A stretch of 64,000 bases of DNA from assembly GCA_036499485.1 (NCBI GenBank), contig DASYDQ010000032.1:17576-81575 (forward strand), in the 5' to 3' direction. The notes under the pieces were generated by a model. The model was not told the DNA's origin. It ran no database searches and saw nothing but the letters and a program-made list of their open reading frames with translations. The DNA is from Pseudolysinimonas sp. (GTDB taxonomy: Bacteria; Actinomycetota; Actinomycetes; Actinomycetales; Microbacteriaceae). How positions within the stretch are numbered: the first letter of the stretch is position 1; each line of letters starts with the position of its first letter. The translations under genes and the position numbers were made by a program. Below, piece by piece: positions 10,957 to 21,708 of this stretch.

Positions 10957-11487
10957 ATGACCGAGGTACGACGTGTGAAGCTCCCCGGTGTCGGGGTGCT
11001 GCACACCTTCGTCACCGATGATGGCGGCAAAGTGGGTGTGATCAGCCACCGTTCGGGCCACAGCGACCTCATCACGTTCGCGGATGCCGAGGACGGCACC
11101 GCGAAGAAGGTCTCGCTCCGTCTCGACGAGGACGAGGCCCACACCCTCGCCGAACTGCTCGGCGGCACCAAGATCACCGAGTCGCTCTCGGGCCTCGACC
11201 AGATCCCGGGCCTGTCGATCGACTGGTTCCACGTCGACTACGACGACCACATCGCCGGTCAGCCGATCGGCAACATGACCGACCGCGGGTTGCCCGGCGT
11301 CACGGTCGTCGCGATCGTGCGCGGAGAGTCCGCCAACCCGGCCCCGGCCGTGGACTTCAAGGTCTTCCCCGGCGACACCCTCGTGGTCGCCGGCGCCCCC
11401 GAGAAGGTGGCCAAGGCCTTCCTCTTCTACCGCACCGGCGAGTTCAAGGCGCGGGCCGAGTCCGTGGACGCGCCGCCCGGAAGCTAG
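10957..11487 (+). CDS. Cation:proton antiporter regulatory subunit (KhtT-like, RCK_C domain)
   Basis: LPGVG N-terminus, LDEDEAHTLAELLG, VTVVAIVRG...GDTLVVAG. Confidence 0.88.
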   Translation: MTEVRRVKLPGVGVLHTFVTDDGGKVGVISHRSGHSDLITFADAEDGTAKKVSLRLDEDEAHTLAELLGGTKITESLSGLDQIPGLSIDWFHVDYDDHIAGQPIGNMTDRGLPGVTVVAIVRGESANPAPAVDFKVFPGDTLVVAGAPEKVAKAFLFYRTGEFKARAESVDAPPGS

Positions 11488-11491
11488 CGCC

Positions 11492-12994
11492 GTGGGCAAC
11501 GAACTCCTCGTCCTCGGCGTCCTGTTCGTCATCGCCTACGTACTCGGGCGCCTCGGCAAGATCATCGGGTTGCCCGCGATCCCGATCTACATGCTCGTCG
11601 GGCTCATCGCGAGCCCGAACTTCCACTGGTTCCCGCTCGACTTCAAGGCGGCGGATGTCGAACTCGTCGCCGTCGTCGGCCTGATCTTCCTGCTGTTCAG
11701 CCTCGGCCTCGAGTTCGACCAGGACGAGTTCTTCGGCAACATCCGCTCGCTGCTGCTCAGCGGCGGCACCCGCATCGTGATCAACATGGGAGCCGGATTC
11801 CTGTTCGGGCTCTGGGTCGGCTGGGGGACCCGCGAGGCGCTGATCATCGCCGGGATGACCGCCACCAGTTCCAGCGCGATCGTCACGAAGCTGCTGATCG
11901 AGTTGCGGCGCCTGACCAACCGGGAGACCCCGGTCATCCTGGGCATCACGGTGGTCGAAGACGTCTTCGTGGCGATCTACCTGGCGATCGTCACGGTGAT
12001 CATCGGCCACGAGACGAGCGTCTGGCAGGTCGTGTTGCGGCTCACGGTCTCGTTCGTGTTCCTGGTGGGGATGTTCGCACTCGCGCGCTGGGGCGGACGT
12101 GTGGTGTCGCGGCTGGTGGGTGCGCGCGACGACGAGCTGTTCACCATCCTGTTCTTCGGGCTCGCGGTGGCGTTCGGCGGCATCGGCGAACTGCTGGGGG
12201 TCTCGGACGCGATCGGCGCCTTCCTGATCGGCCTCGTGCTCGGTGCCACCCGGTACAAGGCGCGCATCGAGCAATTCGCCTTGCCTCTGCGCGACGTGTT
12301 CGGCGCGTTCTTCTTCCTCAACTTCGGGCTCGCGCTCAACCCGGCGACCTTCGGTGGCGTGCTCGTGCCGGTGATCGTCGCGGTGGTGATGACGCTGGTG
12401 CTCAACACGGCAGGCGGCCAGTTGATCGCGGTGCTCAACAAGCTGACGCCCGCCGAGGGCTTCAACGTCAGCGGGATGCTGCAGAACCGCGGCGAGTTCG
12501 CGCTGATTCTTGCGACGCTGGCGGCGGCCGCGGGCTTGGACTCTCGGCTGACTCCCTTCGCGGGTCTGTACGTTTTGATCATGGCGATTGTCGGACCCGT
12601 GCTCGCGGTCAACTCGGAGCGCGCGGGCGACTGGATCTTCACGCGGCGCTTCGGCACGCGCCGGGTTGCGATCGTCTCGGACGCGGACTCCGTTCGCGAT
12701 CGCGACTTCGCGTTGGCGGAGGCGGCGATGGCCGGTGCCGGCGACGACGAGCTCGCCGCCCTGGACGTCGCGGCATCCGATCACGTCGCGCCCGGCGCCA
12801 TCGAGGGCACCGGGACGTTCCTGACGGAGGAGCACGAGGGCGAGCTGCTGGCCCCCGGCGCCGATCCGGATGCCGCGACCGCCCCCCACGACGAGGACGA
12901 CCTCGAGGCGCGCATCCGCCGCCAGGCCGGCCAGCAGAGCGACCACGACGCCTCGACCGACCACGCGGACCGCGACCGCGATCCGGAGTACTGA
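11492..12994 (+). CDS. CPA2 cation:proton antiporter (KhtU-like) with acidic C-terminal tail
   Basis: LLFSLGLEF, TSSSAIVTKLL, ITVVED, NRGEFALI; many hydrophobic helices. Confidence 0.9.
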   Translation: MGNELLVLGVLFVIAYVLGRLGKIIGLPAIPIYMLVGLIASPNFHWFPLDFKAADVELVAVVGLIFLLFSLGLEFDQDEFFGNIRSLLLSGGTRIVINMGAGFLFGLWVGWGTREALIIAGMTATSSSAIVTKLLIELRRLTNRETPVILGITVVEDVFVAIYLAIVTVIIGHETSVWQVVLRLTVSFVFLVGMFALARWGGRVVSRLVGARDDELFTILFFGLAVAFGGIGELLGVSDAIGAFLIGLVLGATRYKARIEQFALPLRDVFGAFFFLNFGLALNPATFGGVLVPVIVAVVMTLVLNTAGGQLIAVLNKLTPAEGFNVSGMLQNRGEFALILATLAAAAGLDSRLTPFAGLYVLIMAIVGPVLAVNSERAGDWIFTRRFGTRRVAIVSDADSVRDRDFALAEAAMAGAGDDELAALDVAASDHVAPGAIEGTGTFLTEEHEGELLAPGADPDAATAPHDEDDLEARIRRQAGQQSDHDASTDHADRDRDPEY

Positions 12995-13800
12995 TGAGCA
13001 TCGCCGCAACGCCTCCCCGCACCCGACGACTCGGTCCCGAGTTCTGGGCGATCGCCCGGCGCCCGCGCTGGATCGCGGCTTTGATCCTGGCGCTCGCCAT
13101 CGCCGCGGGCTTCGCGGCGCTTGGGCAGTGGCAGATCGCGCGCAGCTTCGCCACGGCAACCGTCGTGCACACCGACACCGAGACGCCGGTCGCGCTCAGC
13201 ACGCTGGCCAAGACCGGCGCCGCGGTCACCGATACGCAGCTGGGGCGCATGATCACGACCGACGCGACACTCGTCCACGGCGACTTCGTGGTGCTCAGCA
13301 ACCGCCTGAACGGCGGGACCGCCGGCTATTGGCTGGTCGGCCACGCGCACACGGCTCACGGGGAGCTGGCGGTCGCCCTCGGCTGGGCGCCGACGCGCGC
13401 CCAGGCCGTGGCGGCAGAGGATTCCGCGTCGATCACGAGCCCGCTGATCGGGCGCTTCCTGCCCAGCGAGCCGCCGGATCAACCCGACGTGTCCAAGGGC
13501 GTGCAGAGCGCGGCATCCGTCCCGGCGTTCATCAATCAGTGGGCGAGCTTCGACGGCTCGGTCTACGGCGGCTATGTTGTCGCGGCGACGCCGGCCTCCG
13601 GCCTCGAGACGATCGACTCGCCGGCGCCCAGCCAGGAGGTCTCCCTCAACTGGCTCAACATCTTCTATGCGGCCGAGTGGGCGATCTTCGCCGGCTTCGC
13701 GATCTACCTCTGGTACCGCCTGGTGCAGGACGAGGTGGAGAAGGAGAACGAGCTGAGCGATGGGGCTGAGGCTCAGGTTCTCGTACGGGCGAAACCGTAG
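12994..13800 (+). CDS. SURF1 family protein
   Basis: LGQWQIAR, VALGW, YAAEWAIFA; usual neighbour of DUF3817 and guaA in actinobacteria. Confidence 0.8.
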   Translation: MSIAATPPRTRRLGPEFWAIARRPRWIAALILALAIAAGFAALGQWQIARSFATATVVHTDTETPVALSTLAKTGAAVTDTQLGRMITTDATLVHGDFVVLSNRLNGGTAGYWLVGHAHTAHGELAVALGWAPTRAQAVAAEDSASITSPLIGRFLPSEPPDQPDVSKGVQSAASVPAFINQWASFDGSVYGGYVVAATPASGLETIDSPAPSQEVSLNWLNIFYAAEWAIFAGFAIYLWYRLVQDEVEKENELSDGAEAQVLVRAKP

Positions 13801-13809
13801 ACTGAAGTC

Positions 13810-14277
13810 ATGCCGACCGGACCCCGTATCGAGGACGTCGCCCGCGTCCGCCTCCTGCTTCGCATCTTCCGGGTCTCGGCGATCATCACCGGTGTCCTGC
13901 TGCTCGGGCTCTGCCTGATGATGGTGTTCCGTTACGGTTTCGGGGTCGACATCGAGGTGGGCGGCCCCTTCGGGCTCGTGGCGCTCGTGCCGCCGAAGGA
14001 GATCACGGCCGTCAACTTCTCGACCCTCGAGCTGATCACCCACGGCTGGCTCTACGTGCTCTACCTCGGGCTCGACTTCCTGCTGTGGCGCTTGGTGCGG
14101 TTCTCGTTCGGGCGCTTCCTGTGGTTCGCGCTCGGCGGTGTCATCCCGTTCCTGTCGTTCTACTTCGAGTTCCGCATCCCGGCCTACATCAACGGACGGA
14201 TCGCGGAGACCGAGGCGAGGCAGGCCGCGGTCGTGGCGCCCGCATCCGCCTCTGCCTCCGCCGAGGCGGCCGCGTGA
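13810..14277 (+). CDS. DUF3817 membrane protein
   Basis: [26 protein letters not shown]. Confidence 0.8.
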   Translation: MPTGPRIEDVARVRLLLRIFRVSAIITGVLLLGLCLMMVFRYGFGVDIEVGGPFGLVALVPPKEITAVNFSTLELITHGWLYVLYLGLDFLLWRLVRFSFGRFLWFALGGVIPFLSFYFEFRIPAYINGRIAETEARQAAVVAPASASASAEAAA

Positions 14278-15857
14278 CGGACGGTGAGGCCCGACCGGTC
14301 CTCGTCGTCGACTTCGGCGCCCAGTACGCCCAGCTGATCGCGCGCCGCGTGCGTGAGGCCGGCGTCTACAGCGAGATCGTCCCGCACACCATCACGGCTG
14401 CCGAGGTCAAGGCCAAGAACCCGGCAGGCATCGTGCTGAGCGGCGGTCCCTCGAGCGTCTACGAGCAAGGCTCGCCCGAGCTCGATCCGGGGGTGCTCGA
14501 GCTCGGCGTGCCGACGCTCGGCATCTGCTACGGATTCCAGATCATGGCGCAGCAGCTCGGCGGCGAGGTCGCCCCGACCGGGGTGCGCGAGTACGGCTCG
14601 ACGGCCGTCCGGCTGAGCACGCCCGGCGGCGACGGCGGCGCCTTCCTCGCCGGCCAGCCCGATGAGCAGACCGCGTGGATGAGCCACGGCGACTCCGTCG
14701 TCAAGGCGCCAGAGGGGTTCGAGGTGCTTGCCACCAGCGACGCGACCCCGGTGGCCGCGTTCGCGAGCGATGCCCGCAAGCTGTACGGGGTGCAGTGGCA
14801 TCCCGAGGTGAAGCACTCGCAGTACGGCCAGCGCGTCATCGAGAACTTCCTGCACGACGCGGCCGGCATTCCGGCCGACTGGAACAGCGGCAACGTGATC
14901 GCCGAGCAGGTCGAGAAGATCCGCGCGCAGGTCGGCAGCGGCAAGGTGATCTGCGCGCTCTCCGGGGGCGTGGATTCCGCGGTCGCGGCCGCACTCGTGC
15001 ACAAGGCGGTCGGCGACCAGTTGGTCTGCGTCTTCGTCGACCACGGGCTGCTACGGGCTGACGAGCGCCGGCAGGTCGAGACGGATTACGTGGCGGCCAC
15101 CGGCATCCGGCTCGTCACGATCGACGCGGCCGAGCAGTTCCTGACGGCGCTCGCCGGCGTCACCGACCCGGAGCAGAAGCGCAAGATCATCGGGCGCGAG
15201 TTCATCCGGACCTTCGAGCAGGCGCAGGCCGACCTGGTCGCCGAGTCGGCGGCCGACGGCGACCCGATCGCGTTCCTGGTGCAGGGGACCCTCTACCCGG
15301 ATGTCGTCGAATCCGGTGGAGGCACCGGCACCGCGAACATCAAGAGCCACCACAACGTCGGGGGGCTCCCCGACGACCTGCAGTTCGAGCTCGTCGAGCC
15401 GCTGCGCACCCTGTTCAAAGACGAGGTGCGGGCGATCGGGCGCGAGCTGGGACTGCCCGAGGTGATCGTCGGCCGCCAGCCGTTCCCGGGGCCGGGGCTG
15501 GGCATCCGGATCGTCGGCGAGGTCACCTTCGAGCGCCTCGAACTGCTGCGCAAGGCGGATGCCATCGCCCGCTTCGAGCTGACCGCCGCCGGCCTCGACG
15601 GCGAGATCTGGCAGTGCCCGGTCGTGCTGCTGGCCGACGTACGGAGCGTCGGCGTGCAGGGCGATGGCCGCAGCTACGGGCACCCCATCGTGCTGCGCCC
15701 GGTCTCGAGCGAAGACGCGATGACCGCCGACTGGACGCGTCTGCCCTACGACACCCTCGCCAAGATCTCGACGCGCATCACCAACGAGGTCGCCGGCGTG
15801 AACCGGGTCGTGCTCGATGTGACGTCGAAGCCTCCGGGCACCATCGAGTGGGAATGA
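14274..15857 (+). CDS. guaA: GMP synthase (glutamine-hydrolysing)
   Basis: [44 protein letters not shown]; GTG start overlaps the DUF3817 stop. Confidence 0.97.
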   Translation: MTDGEARPVLVVDFGAQYAQLIARRVREAGVYSEIVPHTITAAEVKAKNPAGIVLSGGPSSVYEQGSPELDPGVLELGVPTLGICYGFQIMAQQLGGEVAPTGVREYGSTAVRLSTPGGDGGAFLAGQPDEQTAWMSHGDSVVKAPEGFEVLATSDATPVAAFASDARKLYGVQWHPEVKHSQYGQRVIENFLHDAAGIPADWNSGNVIAEQVEKIRAQVGSGKVICALSGGVDSAVAAALVHKAVGDQLVCVFVDHGLLRADERRQVETDYVAATGIRLVTIDAAEQFLTALAGVTDPEQKRKIIGREFIRTFEQAQADLVAESAADGDPIAFLVQGTLYPDVVESGGGTGTANIKSHHNVGGLPDDLQFELVEPLRTLFKDEVRAIGRELGLPEVIVGRQPFPGPGLGIRIVGEVTFERLELLRKADAIARFELTAAGLDGEIWQCPVVLLADVRSVGVQGDGRSYGHPIVLRPVSSEDAMTADWTRLPYDTLAKISTRITNEVAGVNRVVLDVTSKPPGTIEWE

Positions 15858-15930
15858 GCCGCTGACCTCCGACCGAGAGGTGACGGCGTGGCCGTGATGT
15901 GGAGTGGGCACGGAGCCCGTCGACCCCGGA

Positions 15931-16875
15931 TCAGCCGTTCTTCTTCGGCTTGAGTCGGGCGGCCACGTCGCTGCCGGCCTTGCCAGCGGCCTCGGCAATG
16001 CGGTGACTCGTCCGCTTCCCGGCCAGCTTCAGGTCGGCGACAGCGCGGCTTGTCTCTGCGAGGTGAGGCGGAAACTCTCCTGGTGCGTCGGGGAAGGCCA
16101 ACCGTGAGGCCTTGATCACGTCTCTGCCGAACCTGAAGTGGGTCACCCCGCCAACCAGTGCGCCCACCCCGTAGTCGATGGCGGCCTGTTTCTTTCCGTG
16201 CAACTTCGGCACGGAATCCAGCCGACCCGTCTCGATCGTTCGGACGAGATCCTTCGCTGCGCGGCCGGGGAGAGCTTCGGCGAGGGTGTTGGCCCAACGT
16301 GACCAGTCGCCGCCGGCTTGTTCGGTCTCGGGAGTGGCGGGTGAGATGCCACCGGATATCGAGTGCGCGAGGTCGGTCGCCATCTTGGAGATCAGCTCCT
16401 GACTGACGCGTCCGTTCGACAGGCCGAGCACGAGCGCGGACGCCTGGTCCTTGTCGTATCTCAGTCCGTGGATGTCGGCGATCGCGAGCGCGAAGAGGGT
16501 CGTGGTGTCGAACTGCAGCCTCGCTTGTCCTGCGGGGAGCATGGTGGCTGCTTGTTGGGCCGCCGCTTTTGCCGCGACGAGCGCGACCTTCTTCCCGCCC
16601 GTGAGGCCCTGACCGGATGGGATGTGCGCAACGCCGAAGTTGGCGATCATTCCGCCGACTCCCATCACCGCACCGCTCCCCGTGACAGCGCCGTGATACT
16701 CGCGCTCGATCCTTCGGATCACCTGCGCGGGAGTGGCATCCGGATTGAGAAACCTCAGCCACTTGACATAGCGGCGGGCCATCGCATGACGGAAGTTGAC
16801 GGCCTTGGCGATCTCGCGGGCAGCGACGTCACTGGCGAGCACGAGATCCTTCGAGACTGCCTTCTGCTCGGTCAT
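15931..16875 (-). CDS. Hypothetical protein (EcsC-like helical family, tentative)
   Basis: 314-aa ORF with GAGGGA RBS; NPDATPAQVIRRIEREY and Gly-rich hydrophobic segments; more A/T-ending codons than neighbours. Confidence 0.6.
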   Translation of the reverse strand: MTEQKAVSKDLVLASDVAAREIAKAVNFRHAMARRYVKWLRFLNPDATPAQVIRRIEREYHGAVTGSGAVMGVGGMIANFGVAHIPSGQGLTGGKKVALVAAKAAAQQAATMLPAGQARLQFDTTTLFALAIADIHGLRYDKDQASALVLGLSNGRVSQELISKMATDLAHSISGGISPATPETEQAGGDWSRWANTLAEALPGRAAKDLVRTIETGRLDSVPKLHGKKQAAIDYGVGALVGGVTHFRFGRDVIKASRLAFPDAPGEFPPHLAETSRAVADLKLAGKRTSHRIAEAAGKAGSDVAARLKPKKNG

Positions 16876-16926
16876 TTTCGATCCCTCTGGCTCACGTCGC
16901 CTGCTTCACAGTTCCGCACCTCGAGG

Positions 16927-17442
16927 CTAGCGAAGGCGGCCAACAGGCAGCTCCGCTCCCGGGCGGGGAACCGCCACGGCGCGCGCCACCCACGCCGACG
17001 CCACGATCACCAGGAACTCGATGCCGAGGGCTGGCAGCATCCCGTCGTAGTCCGGAAAGAGCCGGGCGACGACCACGGCGCCCGCGAGCACGAAGATGAC
17101 GGTCGGGTAGCTGCGCAGCGGACGGTGGCGCACGAGCAGCCAGCCGATGTAGGGCAGTACGAGCACGGCGATGAAGCGCGGGCCGGTGAGCAGCAGCAGC
17201 GCGGCCGGAGTCGAGAGCAGGATGGCCACGATGCGGCGCCAGCCGTCGGAGGGGATGATGCTCCAGCCGGCGACGTGCGCCAGGGTCCCGGCCAGGAGCA
17301 GCAGCAGCACGTAGGTATCGGAGCCCGCCACGGCCATCGCGCCGCTGACGATCAGGACGGCGCCCTGAATCGTGCGCGTCCGAGCCGTTCCCCAGCGCAG
17401 CGGCAGGGTCGCGGGTCGAGGGGTCGGCGCGGGGGCGGTCAC
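16927..17442 (-). CDS. Hypothetical membrane protein
   Basis: About 6 hydrophobic helices; GTG start overlaps the upstream stop (GTGA). Confidence 0.65.
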   Translation of the reverse strand: MTAPAPTPRPATLPLRWGTARTRTIQGAVLIVSGAMAVAGSDTYVLLLLLAGTLAHVAGWSIIPSDGWRRIVAILLSTPAALLLLTGPRFIAVLVLPYIGWLLVRHRPLRSYPTVIFVLAGAVVVARLFPDYDGMLPALGIEFLVIVASAWVARAVAVPRPGAELPVGRLR

Positions 17443-17822
17443 GCGTTCAGGACGAGGTAGCTGATCCCGAGCACGAGCAGCGCAGCGAGCGAGAGGTAGC
17501 CGAGCACGATGGCCACCCAGGCGATCGCCGTGCCGCGCTCGCCGGTGCGGCTGATCTGATTGAGGGCGAGGTGGCCGAACAGGGCGGCCAGCGGGCTGAC
17601 CAGGCAGCCCAGGATGAGTGCGAGCACGGCCAGGATGTTGACCCTGACCGCCGGGGCCGTCGGCAGGCTCTCGGGGGGCGTCGGCTCGTCGGCCGGGATG
17701 TCCTCGGCGCGCAGCACGTCGGGCGTGGGCGCCGCGACCGGCACCCCGGTGGGCGCGCCGCAGTAGATGCAGAACTTCCACTCCGGCTGCAGCTCACGGG
17801 AGCAGTTCGCGCAGACGGCCAT
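17439..17822 (-). CDS. Zinc-ribbon + DUF4190 membrane protein
   Basis: CANC...CIYCG; NILAVLALILG...FGHLALNQISRTGERG. Confidence 0.8.
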   Translation of the reverse strand: MAVCANCSRELQPEWKFCIYCGAPTGVPVAAPTPDVLRAEDIPADEPTPPESLPTAPAVRVNILAVLALILGCLVSPLAALFGHLALNQISRTGERGTAIAWVAIVLGYLSLAALLVLGISYLVLNA

Positions 17823-17847
17823 GATGCCGCCAGATTATCGTGAGCAC

Positions 17848-18852
17848 ATGAGAGCCCTGCACCCCCCGTTCGTGATCGGGCACCGCGGGGCCCCCGGCTA
17901 TCGTCCCGAGCACACCCGCGCCTCCTTCGAGCTCGCCTTCGCCCTCGGCGCGGATGCGGTGGAACCCGACCTGGTGTCCACCCGGGACGGCGTGCTCGTG
18001 GTGCGGCACGAGAACGAGATCTCGGGCACGACCGATGTGGCGAAGCATCCGGAGTTCGCGGATCGGCGCACGACGAAGGAGATCGACGGCGCGAACCTGA
18101 CCGGGTGGTTCACCGAGGACTTCACCTGGAAGGAGTTGGCCAGCCTGCGCGCGGTCGAGCGGCTCCCGAAGGTGCGGCCGCACAACGCCACGTTCGACGG
18201 CACCCAGCCGATGCTGCGCCTCATCGACCTGCTCGACATCGTGGACCGCTCGTGCGAGCGGCACGGGCGCTCGCTGCGCCTCGTCGCCGAGATCAAGCAC
18301 GCCACCTACTTCGACTCGATCGGCCTGCCCCTCGATCAACTCGTCGCTGACCGGCTGGGGCGATGGGGATCGCGCGAGCGCCTGACGATCGAGTGCTTCG
18401 AGCAGACCGTGCTCGGCCAGGTGAAGGCCCGCGGCGTCGATGCCGAGTACGTGTACCTCCTCGAGTCGACGGGCGCGGCAGCCGATCTGGTGGCCCGCGA
18501 CGGCGACCGGGCCGAGACCTACGCCGAGCAGCTGACGGATGCCGCCCTCGCGCGTCTCGCCCGCGAGGTGGACGGTGTGAGCGTCGACAAGACGCTGCTG
18601 ATCGACGGCCCCAAGAGCGCGCACCCCGGAAGCACCGACCTGGTCGCGCGCGCTCACGAGCACGGGTTGAGCGTCTTCACCTGGACCCTCCGACCCGAGA
18701 ACCGCTTCCTGGCCCCCGGCCACCGCATCGGCGGAGGAGCAGCGGATTGGGGCGACTGGCGCCGCGAGTTCGAGCTCATCCTGAGCACCGGCGTGGACGG
18801 GGTGTTCGCCGACCACCCGGACCTCACGGTGGCCGCGCGCAACGGCCTCTAG
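17848..18852 (+). CDS. Glycerophosphodiester phosphodiesterase (GlpQ/UgpQ family)
   Basis: IGHRGAPGYRPEHT, EPDLV, RHENEI, EIKH, GVFADHPD. Confidence 0.92.
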   Translation: MRALHPPFVIGHRGAPGYRPEHTRASFELAFALGADAVEPDLVSTRDGVLVVRHENEISGTTDVAKHPEFADRRTTKEIDGANLTGWFTEDFTWKELASLRAVERLPKVRPHNATFDGTQPMLRLIDLLDIVDRSCERHGRSLRLVAEIKHATYFDSIGLPLDQLVADRLGRWGSRERLTIECFEQTVLGQVKARGVDAEYVYLLESTGAAADLVARDGDRAETYAEQLTDAALARLAREVDGVSVDKTLLIDGPKSAHPGSTDLVARAHEHGLSVFTWTLRPENRFLAPGHRIGGGAADWGDWRREFELILSTGVDGVFADHPDLTVAARNGL

Positions 18853-18894
18853 GCCTCAGCCGTCGTCGTACCCCGCCGGTAGAATCGAGGGATC

Positions 18895-21312
18895 ATGACC
18901 TTCGTTCTGGACGCCTTCGACGGGGATCCAGGCACCGCGCCCGGCGGCGCTCCCTCGCCCGACGAGGCTCTGCTCGATGGACTCAACCCCCAGCAGCGCG
19001 AGGCCGTGCTCTACCGGGGCCAGTCTCTCCTGATCGTCGCGGGAGCCGGCTCGGGCAAGACCAGCGTGCTGACGCGCCGCATCGCCGGGCTCATCCAGAC
19101 CCGAGAGGCGTGGCCGAGCCAGATCCTCGCGATCACCTTCACCAACAAGGCGGCGGCCGAGATGCGCGAACGGGTTCAGGCCCTCGTCGGTGGCGCCGCC
19201 GAGGGGATGTGGATCTCCACCTTCCACTCCGCGTGCGTGCGCATCCTGCGTCGGCAGGCCGAGGTCATGGGCATGAAGCAGGGCTTCAGCATCTACGACT
19301 CGGCAGACAGCCGCGCGCTGATCAAGCGCATCCTGAAAGAACTGGATGCCGACACCCTCGGCTTCACCCCCGGCAACGTGAGCGCCAAGATCTCGAAGCT
19401 GAAGAACGAGCTGACCGATGCCGAGAGCTACTCGCGCAACGTCAACTCCGACGACCCGAACGACGTGGCGTTTCTCGAGATCTTCCGCCGCTACTCGGCC
19501 GGCCTGCGCCGAGCGAACGCGTTCGACTTCGACGACCTGATCGCCGAGACCGTGCACCTCTTCCGGGCCTTCCCCGACGTGGCGGCGCTCTACCAGCGAC
19601 GGTTCCGGCATGTGCTGGTCGACGAGTATCAGGACACCAACCACGCGCAGTACGCGCTGATCCGTGAGCTCGTGCGGCCGATCAAGCCGCAGAACGTGCC
19701 CGAAGACACCCGGATGCGCGTGGACGCGAACGGCGGCATCCCGGGCGCGTCGCTCACCGTGGTCGGCGACTCCGACCAGTCGATCTACGCCTTCCGCGGC
19801 GCCGACATCCGCAACATCGTGGAGTTCGAGCGCGACTTCCCCAACTCGAAGACGATCCTGCTCGAGCAGAACTACCGCTCGACGCAGAACATCCTCGATG
19901 CCGCCAACGCCGTGATCGGCAACAACTTCGATCGCATCGCGAAGAACCTGTTCACCACCGTCGGCTCGGGCGACAAGATCGTGGGCTACACCGGGTACAC
20001 CGGTCACGACGAGGCGCAGTTCGTCGCCGACGAGATCTCGACCCTGCACGACGGCGGCGAGCGCTACAGCGACATCGCGGTCTTCTACCGCACGAACTCG
20101 CAGACCCGGGCGCTTGAGGAGATCTTCATCCGCTCGGCCATCCCCTATCGGGTTCTCGGCGGCACCAAGTTCTACGAGCGCGCCGAGATCAAGGATGCGA
20201 TGGCCTACCTGATCCAGGTGGCCAACCCGGCAGACGACCTGGCCCTGCGTCGCATCATGAACGTGCCCAAGCGCGGGATCGGACCGGCGACCGAGGCCGC
20301 GCTGCAGGCGCATGCCGACCGGGTTGGGGTGCTGCTGCGCGACGCGCTTCCGGATGCCGGTGATCTCGGCCTCGGACCGAAGGTCACCACCGCGATCCTC
20401 GACTTCGCCGCGATCATGGACGAGGCGTCGGATTCGGCCGCGACCACCAAGCCCGCCGACATCCTGACCACGATCCTGAACCGCACCGGCTACATCGACG
20501 CGTTGCGCGCCACGCGCGACCCGCAGGACGAGGCGCGCATCGAGAACGTCGAGGAGCTCGTCGCGGTCACCAAGGAGTTCGCGCGCAACAATCCGGAGGG
20601 GACCCTCGTCGACTTCCTCACCGAGGTGTCGCTGGTCGCCGCCGCCGATGAGCTGGATGACTCGAGCGGCACGGTCTCGCTGATGACGCTGCACACCGCG
20701 AAGGGCCTCGAGTACGAGTCGGTGTTCCTCACCGGCATCGAGGAGGGTTTGATGCCGCACCAGATGTCCACCGGCGAGCCCGGCGGCCTGGCCGAGGAAC
20801 GCCGCCTGTTCTACGTCGGCATCACGCGCGCCAAGAAGCGGCTCTACTTGTCGCTTGCCATGACCAGGTCGACGTTCGGCGACACCAGCGTCGCGATGCC
20901 GAGCCGCTATCTGCAAGAGATCCCGGCCGAGCTCATCGAGTGGCGGCAGAGCCCCGGTGCGGCGACCTCGCGCAACGGGACGCGGTCGCGGGCGCTGAAC
21001 GGGCGCTCGTCGTACGGCAGTTCCACAGCCGGGTCGGAGCGGTTCGGAGTGAACTCGCTCGCCCCGGCTCCGTCGAGGGTCAAGACCGAGTGGACCTCGC
21101 CCGTGACCAACAAGGTGCGTGACAACGGCGACCTCACGCTGGCGGTGGGAGACCGCATCCGGCACGCCGATTTCGGCGAGGGACGCGTGAGCGCCGTCAC
21201 CGGCGAGGGCACCAAGAGCATCGCCGAGGTGCAGTTCGAGCAGGCCGGTCGCAAGCGGCTTCTGATCAAGATCGCGCCGATCGAGAAGCTGTCGGCGCCT
21301 GTGGATGACTGA
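18895..21312 (+). CDS. pcrA: ATP-dependent DNA helicase PcrA/UvrD1
   Basis: AGAGSGKT, TFTNKAA, VDEYQD, GDSDQSIY, QNYRST, TLHTAKGLE, EERRLFYVGITRA; C-terminal Tudor-like domain. Confidence 0.95.
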   Translation: MTFVLDAFDGDPGTAPGGAPSPDEALLDGLNPQQREAVLYRGQSLLIVAGAGSGKTSVLTRRIAGLIQTREAWPSQILAITFTNKAAAEMRERVQALVGGAAEGMWISTFHSACVRILRRQAEVMGMKQGFSIYDSADSRALIKRILKELDADTLGFTPGNVSAKISKLKNELTDAESYSRNVNSDDPNDVAFLEIFRRYSAGLRRANAFDFDDLIAETVHLFRAFPDVAALYQRRFRHVLVDEYQDTNHAQYALIRELVRPIKPQNVPEDTRMRVDANGGIPGASLTVVGDSDQSIYAFRGADIRNIVEFERDFPNSKTILLEQNYRSTQNILDAANAVIGNNFDRIAKNLFTTVGSGDKIVGYTGYTGHDEAQFVADEISTLHDGGERYSDIAVFYRTNSQTRALEEIFIRSAIPYRVLGGTKFYERAEIKDAMAYLIQVANPADDLALRRIMNVPKRGIGPATEAALQAHADRVGVLLRDALPDAGDLGLGPKVTTAILDFAAIMDEASDSAATTKPADILTTILNRTGYIDALRATRDPQDEARIENVEELVAVTKEFARNNPEGTLVDFLTEVSLVAAADELDDSSGTVSLMTLHTAKGLEYESVFLTGIEEGLMPHQMSTGEPGGLAEERRLFYVGITRAKKRLYLSLAMTRSTFGDTSVAMPSRYLQEIPAELIEWRQSPGAATSRNGTRSRALNGRSSYGSSTAGSERFGVNSLAPAPSRVKTEWTSPVTNKVRDNGDLTLAVGDRIRHADFGEGRVSAVTGEGTKSIAEVQFEQAGRKRLLIKIAPIEKLSAPVDD

Positions 21313-21387
21313 ATGTCATGTTTGCCCAGACTGTGACATTCTGGGTGGGTACTTCCTTCCGTCTCAAGCGCATGTTGAGGAGTCGTC

Positions 21388-21678
21388 GTGGCCGTTTACA
21401 AGGTGTCGTCCGAGGTCCTGTCCGGGGCTGCCAGTCAGTTGACCGCGGGATCGGGCGAGGCGCAGGAGCTGCTCGTCCGGCTGCGCAAGCTGGTGGAGTC
21501 GTTGGGCAGCGACTGGGAGGGCTCGGGAGCGGGCGCCTTCAACGACCTGTACCACGAGTTCAACACCGCGGGCGGTCAGCTGACCGAGGCCCTGGACGGG
21601 ATCGCGTCGCTGCTCTCGAAGGCGGCGGGCTACTACGCGGAGTCCGAGACCAACGTCGCGAACGCGTTCCGCAGCTGA
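21388..21678 (+). CDS. WXG100 family T7SS protein (EsxA/YukE-like)
   Basis: 96 aa, central WEG, C-terminal YAESE (YxxxE) signal; GAGGAG RBS. Confidence 0.92.
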   Translation: MAVYKVSSEVLSGAASQLTAGSGEAQELLVRLRKLVESLGSDWEGSGAGAFNDLYHEFNTAGGQLTEALDGIASLLSKAAGYYAESETNVANAFRS

Positions 21679-21708
21679 GCTGCTGAGCGAGGGTGATGCA
21701 GGCGGCCC

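Noticed and set aside
12640-12994. Acidic C-terminal tail of the antiporter as a separate domain
   Set aside because: Low-complexity, probably disordered extension with no motif.
15847-15910. GAGTGGGA at the guaA end and GAGTGGGC at ~15902 as a possible att duplication
   Set aside because: Only a 7-bp match 55 bp apart, with no integrase; compatible with chance.
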